In this document: one piece after another, positions 12,634 to 22,459 of the stretch
Numbering within the stretch: the first letter of the stretch is position 1
Layout of the letters: the number at the start of each line of letters is the position of its first letter
IMG/VR virus record: IMGVR_UViG_3300045580_000297
Location: 1 to 25,406 of that record
Direction: 5' to 3' (one strand)
DNA length: 25,406 nt
From: a virus
Lineage: Duplodnaviria; Caudoviricetes
Program-made: the position numbers and the translations under genes
The notes under the pieces: generated by a model
The model's input: the letters and a program-made list of their open reading frames with translations, nothing else
Database searches by the model: none
Told to the model about the DNA's origin: nothing

Positions 12634-14942
12634 TGGAACTGGCGAACGCACTCAAGGTGGTCGAAGGCGGCTCGAAGGGCAAGGACTACATCTACTGGAA
12701 GCGCGAGGTCGAAAGGGCCGAGAAGCACTTCAAGGAGTTCTGGTCGAAGGCCGACAAGCTCTACAAGCTCTACGCAAAGCAGACGGACACCTCAGATGGC
12801 AAGAGGAAATTCGCCATGCTGTGGGCGAACACTGAGGTCCTGAAGCCCTCGATCTACGCACGACCGCCCATCCCTCAGGTCTCGCGGCGCTACAGGGACA
12901 AGGACCCCGTGGGCCGTCTTGCTGCTGAGCTTCTGGAGCGTGCGTCATCGTTTGAATTCGAGCGCATGAACCTCGACAGCACCCTCAGGGCCATTCGAGA
13001 TGACCTCCTGCTCCCCGGGCGCGGCGCTGCATGGATGAGGTACGAGGCCGACATCGAGGCGGGGCCTGATGGCATGGAGGCCGTGTCGGGCCACAAGGTC
13101 ATATGCGACTACGTGCATTACAGGCAGTTCCTGCACGATCCCGTGCGTCGATGGGAAGAGGTCTCGTGGGTGGGCAAGATCACCTACATGACGGACGCTG
13201 AGGGCAAGGAACGCTTCGGTGAGGCGTGGAAAGGCGTTGAGCTTGATAACAAGGCAGACAGCACAGCCGACAACGACAGCCTGAAGGACCCTGCGCTCAT
13301 CAATGCTCAGATGGCCAAGGCCACCGTCTACGAAATCTGGTCCAAGCCCGACAAGAAGGTGTTCTTCCTCGCCAAGGGCGGCAAGGACCTTCTCGCCACT
13401 GAGGACCCCTTCATCGACTTCGAGGGCTTCTTCCCCTGCCCGAAGCCAGTGTTCAGTACACTGACGAACAACTCGATGATCCCCACGCCTGACTACAAAT
13501 ACTATCAGGATCAGGCTGAGGAGATCGACGCACTGACGGACAGGATCGACAAGCTCACTGACAGCCTGAAGCTGGTGGGCTTCTACCCCGCTGGTGCTGA
13601 GGGCGATGTGTCCAGCGCACTTGAGCGTGCACTGTCCCCTGCCACCCAGAACCAGATGATCCCCATCGCATCGTGGGCTGCCTTCGGTGAGAGGGGCGGC
13701 GGGAACGCCATTGTGTGGTTGCCTATCAGGGAGGTCGGTGAGACGATCAAGGCATGCGTGGAACTCAGAAACCAACTCGTTCAGGACACGTACCAGATCA
13801 CAGGCATTTCCGACATCCTGCGAGGCGCAACGGAAGCCAGCGAGACCGCCACGGCGCAGTCGATCAAGGCCCAGTGGGGCAGCGTCAGGATCAGGGACCG
13901 TCAGCAGGAAATGGTTCGCATGGCTCGCGACATCACGAGGATGGCGTGCGAGATCATCGCTGAGCAGTTCGACCCTGAGTATGTGATGAAGATGGCGAAC
14001 ATGGAGATGCCTCAGCCGCCTCCCATGCAAGCCGTTCCTCCTCCTCAGCCGACAGGTGATCCGCAGCAGGATCAACAGGCTCAGCAGCAGTTCCAGCAGC
14101 AGATGATGCAGCAGCAGCAAGCGATGCAAGCTGCTCAGGCTGAAGCACAGAAGTACCAAGAGGCCTTCGCGATCCTGAAGGATGACAGGCTCAGGGGCTT
14201 CCGCATCGACATCGAGACGGACAGCACCATCCAGCCTGATGAGGACGCTGAGAAGCAGCGCCGCACTGAGTTCGTGACAGCCATCGGCAGCTTGCTGCAA
14301 CAGGCCGTCCCCCTCGTGCAACAGGTTCCTGAGCTTTCCGGCCTCGTGGCTGAGACCCTCCTGTTCACCGCTCGCGGGTTCAGGGCTGGTCGCCAGCTTG
14401 AAGACCAGATCGAGCAGTCGATGAATGCCGTGCAGGAGCGCATCACCCAGATGATGAGCCAGCAGCCGCAGGACCCGAACGCTGCCATCAACGAGGCCAA
14501 GGCCGCGCAGATGAAGATGGAGGCCGAGCACAAGGGCCAGATGTGGGCCATGGAGCGCGACCACGTTGCCCAGAAGAACATGCTTGAGATCGAGCACCTC
14601 CAGCGCAAGACGGACGCTGACATCGAGGTGGGCCAGAAGAAGGCCATGGTCGAACAGGCCATCATGGGCGAGCGTGGCGAGCTTGAGGTGAAGCAGGGCA
14701 AGGCCAAGCTTCGTGATCAAATCCTCGCTGAAGAGCAGGAAGCATTCCTTGGCCAGCCCGGGGAACAGGTGAACGGCGTGGCTCAGGTCCTACAGGAAGC
14801 CATGGCGGGCATCTTGAATGTCGTGCAGCAGTCCAATCAGGCTGTTGTCGCGTCGAACCAGCAATTGATCAGTACACTGACGGCCCCGAAGGTGATAACA
14901 GCACCTGACGGTCGCCAGTACACTGCTCAGACTGTGAACTAA
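12633..14942 (+). CDS. Portal protein (P22-like podoviral) with long Gln/Met-rich coiled-coil C-terminus
   Basis: 769 aa; LWANTEVLKPSIY, DDLLLPGRGAAWMRY, FFPCPKP, YQITGISDILRG, FRIDIETDST motifs; upstream of scaffold and capsid. Confidence 0.9.
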   Translation: MELANALKVVEGGSKGKDYIYWKREVERAEKHFKEFWSKADKLYKLYAKQTDTSDGKRKFAMLWANTEVLKPSIYARPPIPQVSRRYRDKDPVGRLAAELLERASSFEFERMNLDSTLRAIRDDLLLPGRGAAWMRYEADIEAGPDGMEAVSGHKVICDYVHYRQFLHDPVRRWEEVSWVGKITYMTDAEGKERFGEAWKGVELDNKADSTADNDSLKDPALINAQMAKATVYEIWSKPDKKVFFLAKGGKDLLATEDPFIDFEGFFPCPKPVFSTLTNNSMIPTPDYKYYQDQAEEIDALTDRIDKLTDSLKLVGFYPAGAEGDVSSALERALSPATQNQMIPIASWAAFGERGGGNAIVWLPIREVGETIKACVELRNQLVQDTYQITGISDILRGATEASETATAQSIKAQWGSVRIRDRQQEMVRMARDITRMACEIIAEQFDPEYVMKMANMEMPQPPPMQAVPPPQPTGDPQQDQQAQQQFQQQMMQQQQAMQAAQAEAQKYQEAFAILKDDRLRGFRIDIETDSTIQPDEDAEKQRRTEFVTAIGSLLQQAVPLVQQVPELSGLVAETLLFTARGFRAGRQLEDQIEQSMNAVQERITQMMSQQPQDPNAAINEAKAAQMKMEAEHKGQMWAMERDHVAQKNMLEIEHLQRKTDADIEVGQKKAMVEQAIMGERGELEVKQGKAKLRDQILAEEQEAFLGQPGEQVNGVAQVLQEAMAGILNVVQQSNQAVVASNQQLISTLTAPKVITAPDGRQYTAQTVN

Positions 14943-14952
14943 GGAGAGAAAC

Positions 14953-15321
14953 ATGGCACTTATCGCTGACTACATCCTCGATCTCGCGCTGGCCGAATTC
15001 GACACGGCCACCACGACCCTCTACATCACCTCCGCTGAGGCAACGTCCTACGCTCAGGCATCGAGCACCTACGCTCTTGGCAACAAGTCCTCGCTCAGCA
15101 TCGGCGCTCCTGCTGACCGTTCACCGAATGGCCGCAAGGTCACGGTGGCTGCCATCACTGACGGCTCCGTCACTGGCACTGGCACGGCCACGCACTGGGC
15201 GATCACGAAGTCAGGCACGACCTTGATGGCCACGGGCTCACTGTCGTCTTCTCAGGCCGTCACGAGCGGGAACACGTTCACGCTGGCTGCCTTCGACATC
15301 GGCTTCCCTGACGCCGTCTAA
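14953..15321 (+). CDS. Small virion structural protein (fibre-associated type)
   Basis: AAGGAG RBS; GTATHWAI...GSLSSSQAVTSGNTFTLAAFDI motif is typical of small phage structural proteins. Confidence 0.65.
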   Translation: MALIADYILDLALAEFDTATTTLYITSAEATSYAQASSTYALGNKSSLSIGAPADRSPNGRKVTVAAITDGSVTGTGTATHWAITKSGTTLMATGSLSSSQAVTSGNTFTLAAFDIGFPDAV

Positions 15322-15337
15322 TACGGAGTAGGCCTGA

Positions 15338-17332
15338 ATGGCCATCCAGTTCGTCGGCAGCAAGACAGCGTCGAAGGGCGGTGCCACCAGTGGCAACAGC
15401 ACCGTCACCATCAATACGGGTCTCACCGGGGGCATCGCTTCATCAGCATCCTCCGGTGACCTCGTTATTGCCGCCTTCGTTGTTGGCAGCACCGCTGACC
15501 GCACCCTGCTCATCTCTGATGGCACGAACAACTACACGCTCATCGGCACTGAGCAGTACGTTGATGACACTTCCGACACGAACCTTCGTGTCGCCTACAA
15601 GTTCATCACCTCAGACACATCCGTCACCTTCGGCCCTACTGGGTCTGATGCTGGCGCTGGTGCCATGCTTGTCATGGTGTTCCGTGGCGTTGACACGACC
15701 ACGCCACTGGGCGGCATTTCCGTTGTTGAGGTTGGTCAGCAGAACACCGCCCTTGTGAACCCGGGCTCCATCACGCCGACAGACAGCGGGTCATTCATCG
15801 TTGTCATTGGTGGCTCGGCTCACGATGCTGGCGCTGAGACATTTACTTCATCCGACCTCACGAACTTCAAAACAACATCAAGCACCGACACTGGCCAAGA
15901 CGTTTCCATCGGCGGTGGTTACAATGCTTGGACATCAGGTGCGTTCGACCCCGCTGCTTGGACGTTTTCTGACACAAATTCCACGACATTCTCGTGCGCC
16001 TCCACCGTCTTCGTCCTCAAAGAGAAGCCAACAGATGCCCTGACTGCCACTGGCATCACGAGCAGTGGCACAGTTGGCACGCCCGCTCTCACACATATTC
16101 ACGTTCTCACAGCGACTGGCGTCACAAGCTCAGGCACCGTTGGCACACCCGCCATCACACAGGTGCATGTCCTCACAGCGACTGGCATCACATCCAGCCC
16201 GACTGTTGACACGCCTGTCCTGTCTGCCGTTGTCGCTCTCACTGCTGACGGCATCACATCCAGCCCGACTGTCGGCACGCCAGCCATCACGCAAGAGCAT
16301 GCGCTCGCTGCTGATGGTGTCACGAGCAGCCCAACTGTCGGCACGCCTGTCCTCGCTGAAGTCCATGTGCTGGCTGCTGACGGCATCACATCCAGTGGCA
16401 CTGTCGATCAGCCAGCCATAGGACAGGAGCATGTCCTTGCTGCTGACGGCCTCACGAGCACTGGGACCGTAGGCTCTCCTGCCATCACGCAAGAGCACAC
16501 CCTCTCTGCTGACGGGATCACCAGCACTGGCACTGTCGGCTCTCCTGCGATCACACAGGCCCACATCCTTGCCGCTGACGGGATCACCAGCACTGGCACC
16601 GTCGATCAGGCCGTCTTTGCTCAGGTGCATGTCCTGTCTGCCACGGGGATCACATCCTCTGGCACTGTGGGGACGCCTGAACTTTCTTCCCTGTCGAATG
16701 TGGATGTCCTGCCCCCGGCAAACGGCATCACATCGTCTGGCACGGTGGGCACCCCTGCCCTTACTCAGGAGCACGCCCTCGCAGCCAATGGCCTGACCAG
16801 CACTGGCACTGTTGGCTCCCCTGTCTTCGGCCAGTCTCACGCCCTCACGGCCACTGGCATCACGGTCACTGGCGAGGTCGGATCACCCGCCATCGAGGTG
16901 CGTGTGTTCGTGCCCGGGGGCAATTTCGGCATCGGAGCGGCCCCTGATGTTCAGGTGGTCGGGGATACCCGCTGGAAGGGGGTCAGAGAGGCCAGAGAGG
17001 CGGCAGCAGCGGCCTTCCGCGAGGTGGTCGCTACCCCTGTTGCCCGGAAGAAAGAGGCCGCTGTACGGGCTTCTGAAGCGATTTCCCGTGTCGCGAAAGC
17101 TGTGCGCGAGGAGCCGAAGCCAGCTATCGCCCCGGTTGAAGGCGCATGGGATGACGTTCTTCAGGACCTTGAGACCCTTCAGGCCATCCTTGCTGGCCTC
17201 ATGGAGCAGAAGGCCATCAGGGCCCGGGAAGCTCGTGAGGCCGCTGAGCGGTGGGCCATGATCGAGCGCGAGCTTGCCATACAGGCGCAGAGGGAGGAGG
17301 AACTCATGATCGTCTTCGCTCTTGCGCTCTGA
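15338..17332 (+). CDS. Fibre-like virion protein with 13 repeats of about 22 aa
   Basis: N-terminal beta domain (MAIQFVG...GDLVI), repeats of type HVLTATGITSSGTVGTPAITQ, helical C-terminus ending EEELMIVFALAL. Confidence 0.7.
   Translation: MAIQFVGSKTASKGGATSGNSTVTINTGLTGGIASSASSGDLVIAAFVVGSTADRTLLISDGTNNYTLIGTEQYVDDTSDTNLRVAYKFITSDTSVTFGPTGSDAGAGAMLVMVFRGVDTTTPLGGISVVEVGQQNTALVNPGSITPTDSGSFIVVIGGSAHDAGAETFTSSDLTNFKTTSSTDTGQDVSIGGGYNAWTSGAFDPAAWTFSDTNSTTFSCASTVFVLKEKPTDALTATGITSSGTVGTPALTHIHVLTATGVTSSGTVGTPAITQVHVLTATGITSSPTVDTPVLSAVVALTADGITSSPTVGTPAITQEHALAADGVTSSPTVGTPVLAEVHVLAADGITSSGTVDQPAIGQEHVLAADGLTSTGTVGSPAITQEHTLSADGITSTGTVGSPAITQAHILAADGITSTGTVDQAVFAQVHVLSATGITSSGTVGTPELSSLSNVDVLPPANGITSSGTVGTPALTQEHALAANGLTSTGTVGSPVFGQSHALTATGITVTGEVGSPAIEVRVFVPGGNFGIGAAPDVQVVGDTRWKGVREAREAAAAAFREVVATPVARKKEAAVRASEAISRVAKAVREEPKPAIAPVEGAWDDVLQDLETLQAILAGLMEQKAIRAREAREAAERWAMIERELAIQAQREEELMIVFALAL
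16034..16903 (+). repeat. Degenerate coding tandem repeat, about 66-bp unit, 13 copies
   Basis: Counted from the translation; there is a small insertion around units 10-11. Confidence 0.9.
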
Positions 17333-17356
17333 TATGGTCAGTGTACGGAGGAATGT

Positions 17357-17683
17357 ATGACGCAGCGATTTTGCAAAGTATGCCACGGCTGGCATGATCT
17401 GGATCGTCCGTGGCCTGACAATTGCCGACCTGAGAGGAACTGGAACAGGGCTGACTTCGCAGCGCCCCGCCTCATCAGGGACGGCCTCGATGATGTGTGG
17501 AACCCTGCCAATGGCAAGGTCTACGACAGCAAATCAGCATACTACCGCGCCGTGAAGGATGCGGGATACGAAATCGCGGGGAATGATAGCTCCGTGATGA
17601 ACGCCCACGAGAAACCCGTGGAAGTAAAAACGCCCGGAGGCCTGAAGGATGATCTGAAGGCAGCTTGGGAGCAGCACTCATAA
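17357..17683 (+). CDS. Conserved hypothetical protein preceding the scaffold
   Basis: GGAGG RBS; CKVC...NPANGKVYDSKSAY...GYEIAGND. Confidence 0.75.
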   Translation: MTQRFCKVCHGWHDLDRPWPDNCRPERNWNRADFAAPRLIRDGLDDVWNPANGKVYDSKSAYYRAVKDAGYEIAGNDSSVMNAHEKPVEVKTPGGLKDDLKAAWEQHS

Positions 17684-17698
17684 CACAGGAGGCCATCA

Positions 17699-18730
17699 AT
17701 GGCTGGTACTGAAGAGAATGAACTTGAGAACCAAGAAACGGGCGATGATCTCCGCTCCGCGCTCGAAGCAGCTTTCGATGCTGAGGAAGCCCCATCCGAA
17801 GAAGCTGCACCTGAAGGTGACACCACCGAAGAAGGTCAGCCGCGCGATGAGCGTGGGCGCTGGACGAAGGCTCAGCAGGAGCACTACGAAGAACAGCAGC
17901 GCGAACGCGCTGAGCAGGAAGCTCAGTCTCAGGCACCTGAGGGTGAGGAGGGTGAACTACGTCTTGCTCCGCCTCATGGCTGGAACCCCGCTGCCAAGGC
18001 CGCATACGCGAGCCTCCCTCCTGAGGTTCAGGAAGCTGTGGCCCGCCGCGAGATGGAGATCAACAACGGCTTCCGCAAGCTTCAGGACTTCAAGGGGCTG
18101 GAGGACTTTTCCGAAATGGCAAAGGCCTCTGGCACGACCCTGAAGGAGGCCTTCGAGCGGTACAAGGCTGCTGAGGACCTTCTCGACAGGGACTTCTTCG
18201 GCGGCACGATGCAGCTTTGCGAGATGTACGGCATCCACCCCGTTCAGCTTGCTCAGGGCATCATGCAGCAATTCGGTGGCGGTCAGGCTCGACAGGGCTC
18301 CGCACCCCCTCCCGGCATGGACCCTCAGTCGGTCTTGATGGCGAGGCGTTTAGCTGGTATGGAGGAAACAGTCCGTACACTGATCACTGAGCGTGAACGG
18401 CAGGAACAGGAGAGTATCAACACTCACCTCCAGACCTTCGCTCAGGATAAGCTGTACTTTGAGGATGTCCGTCGAGACATGGCCGACCTGATCAGAACAG
18501 GTAAGGCCGATACTCTCGAAGAGGCCTACGACAAGGCCTGTTGGATGCACCCTCAAATCCGCGACTTGCTGATCAAAGAGCGAGCCGCTCCCCAGAATGC
18601 CGCAGCCCGGGTATCACAAGCCCGTAAGGCCTCAGGCAGTCTGCCAACCGGAGCGCCCGCAGGGTCTACCTCCAGCGGAAGCTCTACAAACAGCATCAGG
18701 GCTGCCCTCGAAGATGCGTGGGGGTCCTAA
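17699..18730 (+). CDS. Capsid scaffolding protein (putative)
   Basis: Acidic, helical; PRDERGRW and APPHGW...LPPEVQEAVARRE motifs; directly upstream of the major capsid gene. Confidence 0.8.
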   Translation: MAGTEENELENQETGDDLRSALEAAFDAEEAPSEEAAPEGDTTEEGQPRDERGRWTKAQQEHYEEQQRERAEQEAQSQAPEGEEGELRLAPPHGWNPAAKAAYASLPPEVQEAVARREMEINNGFRKLQDFKGLEDFSEMAKASGTTLKEAFERYKAAEDLLDRDFFGGTMQLCEMYGIHPVQLAQGIMQQFGGGQARQGSAPPPGMDPQSVLMARRLAGMEETVRTLITERERQEQESINTHLQTFAQDKLYFEDVRRDMADLIRTGKADTLEEAYDKACWMHPQIRDLLIKERAAPQNAAARVSQARKASGSLPTGAPAGSTSSGSSTNSIRAALEDAWGS

Positions 18731-18747
18731 GTCAAGGAGAGTGAAAG

Positions 18748-19716
18748 ATGGCTTCGCCTAATCTCAGCGAAATCATTACGACTACGCTCCGCAACCGTAC
18801 CGGCAAGCTTGCCGACAACGTGACTGACAACAACGCGATCCTGTATCGGTTGAAGCAGCGCGGTCGCACCAAGCCCGCCTCCGGTGGTCGGACGCTCGTT
18901 CAGGAACTGGCGTATCAGGAAAACTCCACCTTCATGTGGTACTCCGGGTATGACCCGCTGGACATCTCTGCAACTGACGTTATGTCGGCTGCTGAGTTCG
19001 ACTGGAAGCAAGCCGCAGTCGCTGTAACCATCAGCGGCCTCGAACAGCTTCAGAACGCTGGCAAGGAGAAAATCCTCGACCTCATGGAAAGCCGCATCGA
19101 CGTTGCGGAGAAGACCATGATGAACAAGATTTCCCTTGGCGTGTACGCTGACGGCACTGGCAACGGTGGCAAGGAAATCGGTGGTCTTCAGCACCTCGTG
19201 GCTGACCTCCCGACCTCTGGCACCGTTGGCGGCATCAACCGTGCGAACTTCTCGTTCTGGCAGAACCAGTATCGTGACAGCTCTGACAACTCCGTCACGC
19301 TGGCCTACGACACCATCCAGTCCGAGATGGGCATCATGTACACACGCCTCGTGCGCGGTACGGATCGTCCCGACCTCATCGTCACGGATAACACCACGTG
19401 GCTGGCCTACCTGAAGTCCCTTCAGGCGATCCAGCGCATCACCAACGACAAGATGGCTCAGGCTGGCTTCACCAACCTGAAGTACATGGACGCTGATGTG
19501 GTGCTCGATGGTGGTCAGGGTGGCAACTGCCCTGCCGACCACATGTACTTCCTGAACTCCGATTACATCCACTACCGCCCGCACAGCGAGCGGAACATGG
19601 TTGTCATGGGTGGGGAGCGCATGAACACCAACCAAGACGCCATCGTGAAGCTCATCGGTTGGGCGGGCAATATGACCGCTTCCAACTGTGCGCTTCAGGG
19701 CGTGCTGAAGAAGTAA
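18748..19716 (+). CDS. Major capsid protein
   Basis: 322 aa with strong codon bias and AAGGAG RBS; TTTLRNR...LADNV...SGG...WYSGYDPL...DWKQ...GGINR...FWQN signature of a widespread podoviral capsid family. Confidence 0.92.
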   Translation: MASPNLSEIITTTLRNRTGKLADNVTDNNAILYRLKQRGRTKPASGGRTLVQELAYQENSTFMWYSGYDPLDISATDVMSAAEFDWKQAAVAVTISGLEQLQNAGKEKILDLMESRIDVAEKTMMNKISLGVYADGTGNGGKEIGGLQHLVADLPTSGTVGGINRANFSFWQNQYRDSSDNSVTLAYDTIQSEMGIMYTRLVRGTDRPDLIVTDNTTWLAYLKSLQAIQRITNDKMAQAGFTNLKYMDADVVLDGGQGGNCPADHMYFLNSDYIHYRPHSERNMVVMGGERMNTNQDAIVKLIGWAGNMTASNCALQGVLKK

Positions 19717-19729
19717 GGGAGGACACAAC

Positions 19730-20224
19730 ATGACTTGGCGTACCTCTGACACGGTGATCGGCTCTCAGGCCATCACTGAAACCTCCACCACCCAGAACCA
19801 CCCCCTTGGTACGATCATCAAGGCCACGCACACCACGCTTGGCTCTGGTGAGTTCATCTACCTGAAGGGCGTTACGAGCACGATTGTGGGTTCCATCGTG
19901 AACTACGATGACAACTTCCAGACTGCTCTGGACAGCGCGGCTGTGTCGGGACCCTCGCGTCCCCTCGCCATCGCGATGTCTGCGAACGTGGGTGACCAGT
20001 ACGGCTGGTATCAGATCAGCGGCCTTGCGGTTGCTGCGAAGGCCAATACCGTCAGCTTCGCTGATGGCGCTGGCCTTGGTTCTGGTTCCGGCCTTGCCGT
20101 GGCTGTGGTCACGGGCACGGTCATTCAGGGTGCTGTTGTTCGCACTGTCGCTTCTGCGAAGTCGAACGTCACCACCGTGGCCGTTGCGATCAACAGGCCT
20201 CACGGCCCGTCTGACGTTTCGTAA
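19730..20224 (+). CDS. Capsid decoration/cement protein (putative)
   Basis: Immediately after the capsid gene and before a terminator; HPLGT...GEFIYLKG...QYGWYQISG. Confidence 0.7.
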   Translation: MTWRTSDTVIGSQAITETSTTQNHPLGTIIKATHTTLGSGEFIYLKGVTSTIVGSIVNYDDNFQTALDSAAVSGPSRPLAIAMSANVGDQYGWYQISGLAVAAKANTVSFADGAGLGSGSGLAVAVVTGTVIQGAVVRTVASAKSNVTTVAVAINRPHGPSDVS

Positions 20225-20238
20225 CGATAAACTAAACG

Positions 20239-20267
20239 GGGCGGGGCCAAGGTCCCGCCCTTCTTCT
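20239..20267 (+). terminator. Intrinsic terminator after the capsid genes
   Basis: GGGCGGGGCC-AA-GGTCCCGCCC followed by TTCTTCT. Confidence 0.75.
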
Positions 20268-20286
20268 ATGTGGAGCAGCAGCAGCC

Positions 20287-21684
20287 ATGACACGCCCTAC
20301 ATCGACCCTCTACCAGATGGACTACCAGAACCCTCACGCACAGAACGCCCTCAGGGTTCCCGTCCTCGTTCTCTGCAATACATCAGACGAAAAGCTTCGC
20401 GAGAACATCGCAAAGAACTCAGCACGCCCGGGCAAGTGGGTGTGCGCTCAGCCGCCCTTCGACAAGACGGCCATCCTCGTGGGTGGCGGGCCATCTGTAG
20501 CATACGACATCGAGACCATCAGGGAGATGTCGAAGACGGCCACCATCTTCGCCATGAATGCGGCAGCCACCTTCCTCATCAAGCACGGCATCGTCGTGGA
20601 CTATCAGGTCATCGCTGACGCGAAGCCAGAGACCGTGACGCTGGTCGAGCACGGAGCGATGAACCACCTCTTCGCATCACAGGTCGATCCCATGTGCTTC
20701 ACCATGGAGCCCGGGGCCGTCCTGTGGCACCTCCACATGGAAGGCATGGAGGATGTCTTCCCTCCCGAGCGCGTGAAGGCCGGGGGCTATTCCATCGTGG
20801 GCGGCGGCGCTTCAGTGGGCAACTCAGCATGCGCCCTCGCGTATGTGCTTGGGTACAGGAAGCTGCACCTCTTCGGGTACGACAGCAGCCACAGGGGCGA
20901 TGCCTCTCACGCATATGACCAGCCCATGAACCGCTTCATCCCTGTCATCGACGTTGAGTGGGCGGGGAAGCATTTCAGGTCATCCGTGGCCATGAAGGCT
21001 CAGGCCGAAAAGTTCATGATCACCGGACAGGCCCTGAAGCACTTGGGCTGCGAGATCACCGTGCATGGTGACGGCCTTCTCCCGACCATGTGGAACACGC
21101 CCATCGAGAACGCCACGGAGAAGGACAAGTACAGGCTCATGTGGCAGTGCGATGCCTACCGCGAGCATTCCCCGGGCGAGTACCTCGTGCAGACCTTCAT
21201 CGAGCTTGTGAAGCCTGATGACCTGATCATCGACTTCGGCTGCGGCACTGGCAGGGCTGCGAAGGCCCTGTACGACAAGGGGCACAGGGTCTTCCTGATC
21301 GACTTCGCTGACAACTGCCGCGATGAGGAGGCCATGGACCTCCCCTTCCTCGAATGGGACCTGACCCGCCCCATCCCGGCGAGGGCCCCATATGGTCTGT
21401 GCACGGACGTTATGGAACACATACCGCCTGATGATGTAGAGAAGGTTGTCTCGAACATCATGGAGGCTTCTGAGACGGTCATGTTCCAGATCAGCACGGT
21501 GAAGGATGCCTTCGGTGCCGTTCTGGGTACTGACCTACACCTGACGGTCAAGGACCATGAATGGTGGGGCTCTCTGTTCGAGCGCCTTGGATACGTGATT
21601 AAACAGCAGCAAAAGGGCGATGTGAACTCACTGTTCATCATCACCCGAAAAGGAGATGAAAATGGCAGCATTCGACCCGAGTGA
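20287..21684 (+). CDS. Fusion: DUF115/Maf (MptE-like) domain plus class I SAM-dependent methyltransferase
   Basis: N-terminal AILVGGGPS...IFAMNAA...VIADA...GGASVG...LGYRKLHLFGYDSS; C-terminal IIDFGCGTGRA...CTDVMEHIP...HLTV. Confidence 0.8.
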   Translation: MTRPTSTLYQMDYQNPHAQNALRVPVLVLCNTSDEKLRENIAKNSARPGKWVCAQPPFDKTAILVGGGPSVAYDIETIREMSKTATIFAMNAAATFLIKHGIVVDYQVIADAKPETVTLVEHGAMNHLFASQVDPMCFTMEPGAVLWHLHMEGMEDVFPPERVKAGGYSIVGGGASVGNSACALAYVLGYRKLHLFGYDSSHRGDASHAYDQPMNRFIPVIDVEWAGKHFRSSVAMKAQAEKFMITGQALKHLGCEITVHGDGLLPTMWNTPIENATEKDKYRLMWQCDAYREHSPGEYLVQTFIELVKPDDLIIDFGCGTGRAAKALYDKGHRVFLIDFADNCRDEEAMDLPFLEWDLTRPIPARAPYGLCTDVMEHIPPDDVEKVVSNIMEASETVMFQISTVKDAFGAVLGTDLHLTVKDHEWWGSLFERLGYVIKQQQKGDVNSLFIITRKGDENGSIRPE

Positions 21685-22246
21685 CAGTGAATTCTTCGCC
21701 CCGGCCCCGCCGCAGCAGCGCGGCCCCCGGCCCATGCTTCGCTTCTTCTCAGAGCCCGTGGAGCTTCCCGGCAAGAGCGAGCAGGAAGGCCGTCCGGTCT
21801 ACATCGAGCGCGACTTCGTCGGCATCACCAACCCGGGCAGCCGTGATGAGGTGGTGCGCCGTGCTGAGGACAAGGCCAAGGAGGATGAGTTCATCGCGTG
21901 GGCCTACAAGAAGTGGAAGGCCACTCAGGAACAGGTGGTCGATGGCACGCCCATCGAGACCGTCCCCTTCCTGAACAAGGCTCAGGTGCTCGAACTGAAG
22001 GCCTTGGCGATCCACACGCTGGAGAACCTTGCCCTCGCCCCTGACACTGCCATGCAGCGCATGATGGGCCTCAGGGACCTCAAGAAGAAGGCTGAGGCCT
22101 ACATGGAGGCCGCGAAGGACAGCGCGGTGGTCACCCGCATGCAGTCCGAACTGGACAAGCGGGACCGCACCATCGAGATGATGAAGAAGCAGATGGAAGA
22201 CATGAACGCTCGCTTCGAGGAGCTTCAGAGAAAGGTCTCCACATGA
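21662..22246 (+). CDS. Conserved hypothetical protein with HhH-like segment and C-terminal coiled coil
   Basis: AGGAG RBS; SEQEGRPVY...GTPIETVPFL...IHTLENLA. Confidence 0.7.
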   Translation: MAAFDPSDSEFFAPAPPQQRGPRPMLRFFSEPVELPGKSEQEGRPVYIERDFVGITNPGSRDEVVRRAEDKAKEDEFIAWAYKKWKATQEQVVDGTPIETVPFLNKAQVLELKALAIHTLENLALAPDTAMQRMMGLRDLKKKAEAYMEAAKDSAVVTRMQSELDKRDRTIEMMKKQMEDMNARFEELQRKVST

Positions 22247-22458
22247 AGCTGGAACGTAATCCTAGTTTCCATTATGGGGCCCGCTTCTTCAGGGACGGTG
22301 ATCGTGATATGTTCGAGCACCGCATCGACAGTCGGTCCTGCATCGGCCCAAGGATTGCCACCAAGGTCGATAAACAGAACCACCCTGAACTGTGGTCGAA
22401 ACATCTGGCTTCCATCACGGAGGAAGCTGACAGGAAGCTAAAGAGAAAGGCGAAGTGA
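22243..22458 (+). CDS. Hypothetical protein (71 aa)
   Basis: ATGA coupling; fills the gap to the next gene. Confidence 0.7.
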   Translation: MKLERNPSFHYGARFFRDGDRDMFEHRIDSRSCIGPRIATKVDKQNHPELWSKHLASITEEADRKLKRKAK

Positions 22459-22459
22459 C

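Noticed and set aside
14010-14150. CAG-rich Gln/Pro tract in the portal gene
   Set aside because: Low-complexity Q/P/M linkers are common in P22-like portals; this is not a separate element or intein.
12945-14720. Long minus-strand ORFs opposite portal, capsid and other genes (e.g. 591 aa, 341 aa, 268 aa)
   Set aside because: These are antisense shadows caused by GC3-biased codon usage, with no RBS or recognisable motifs.
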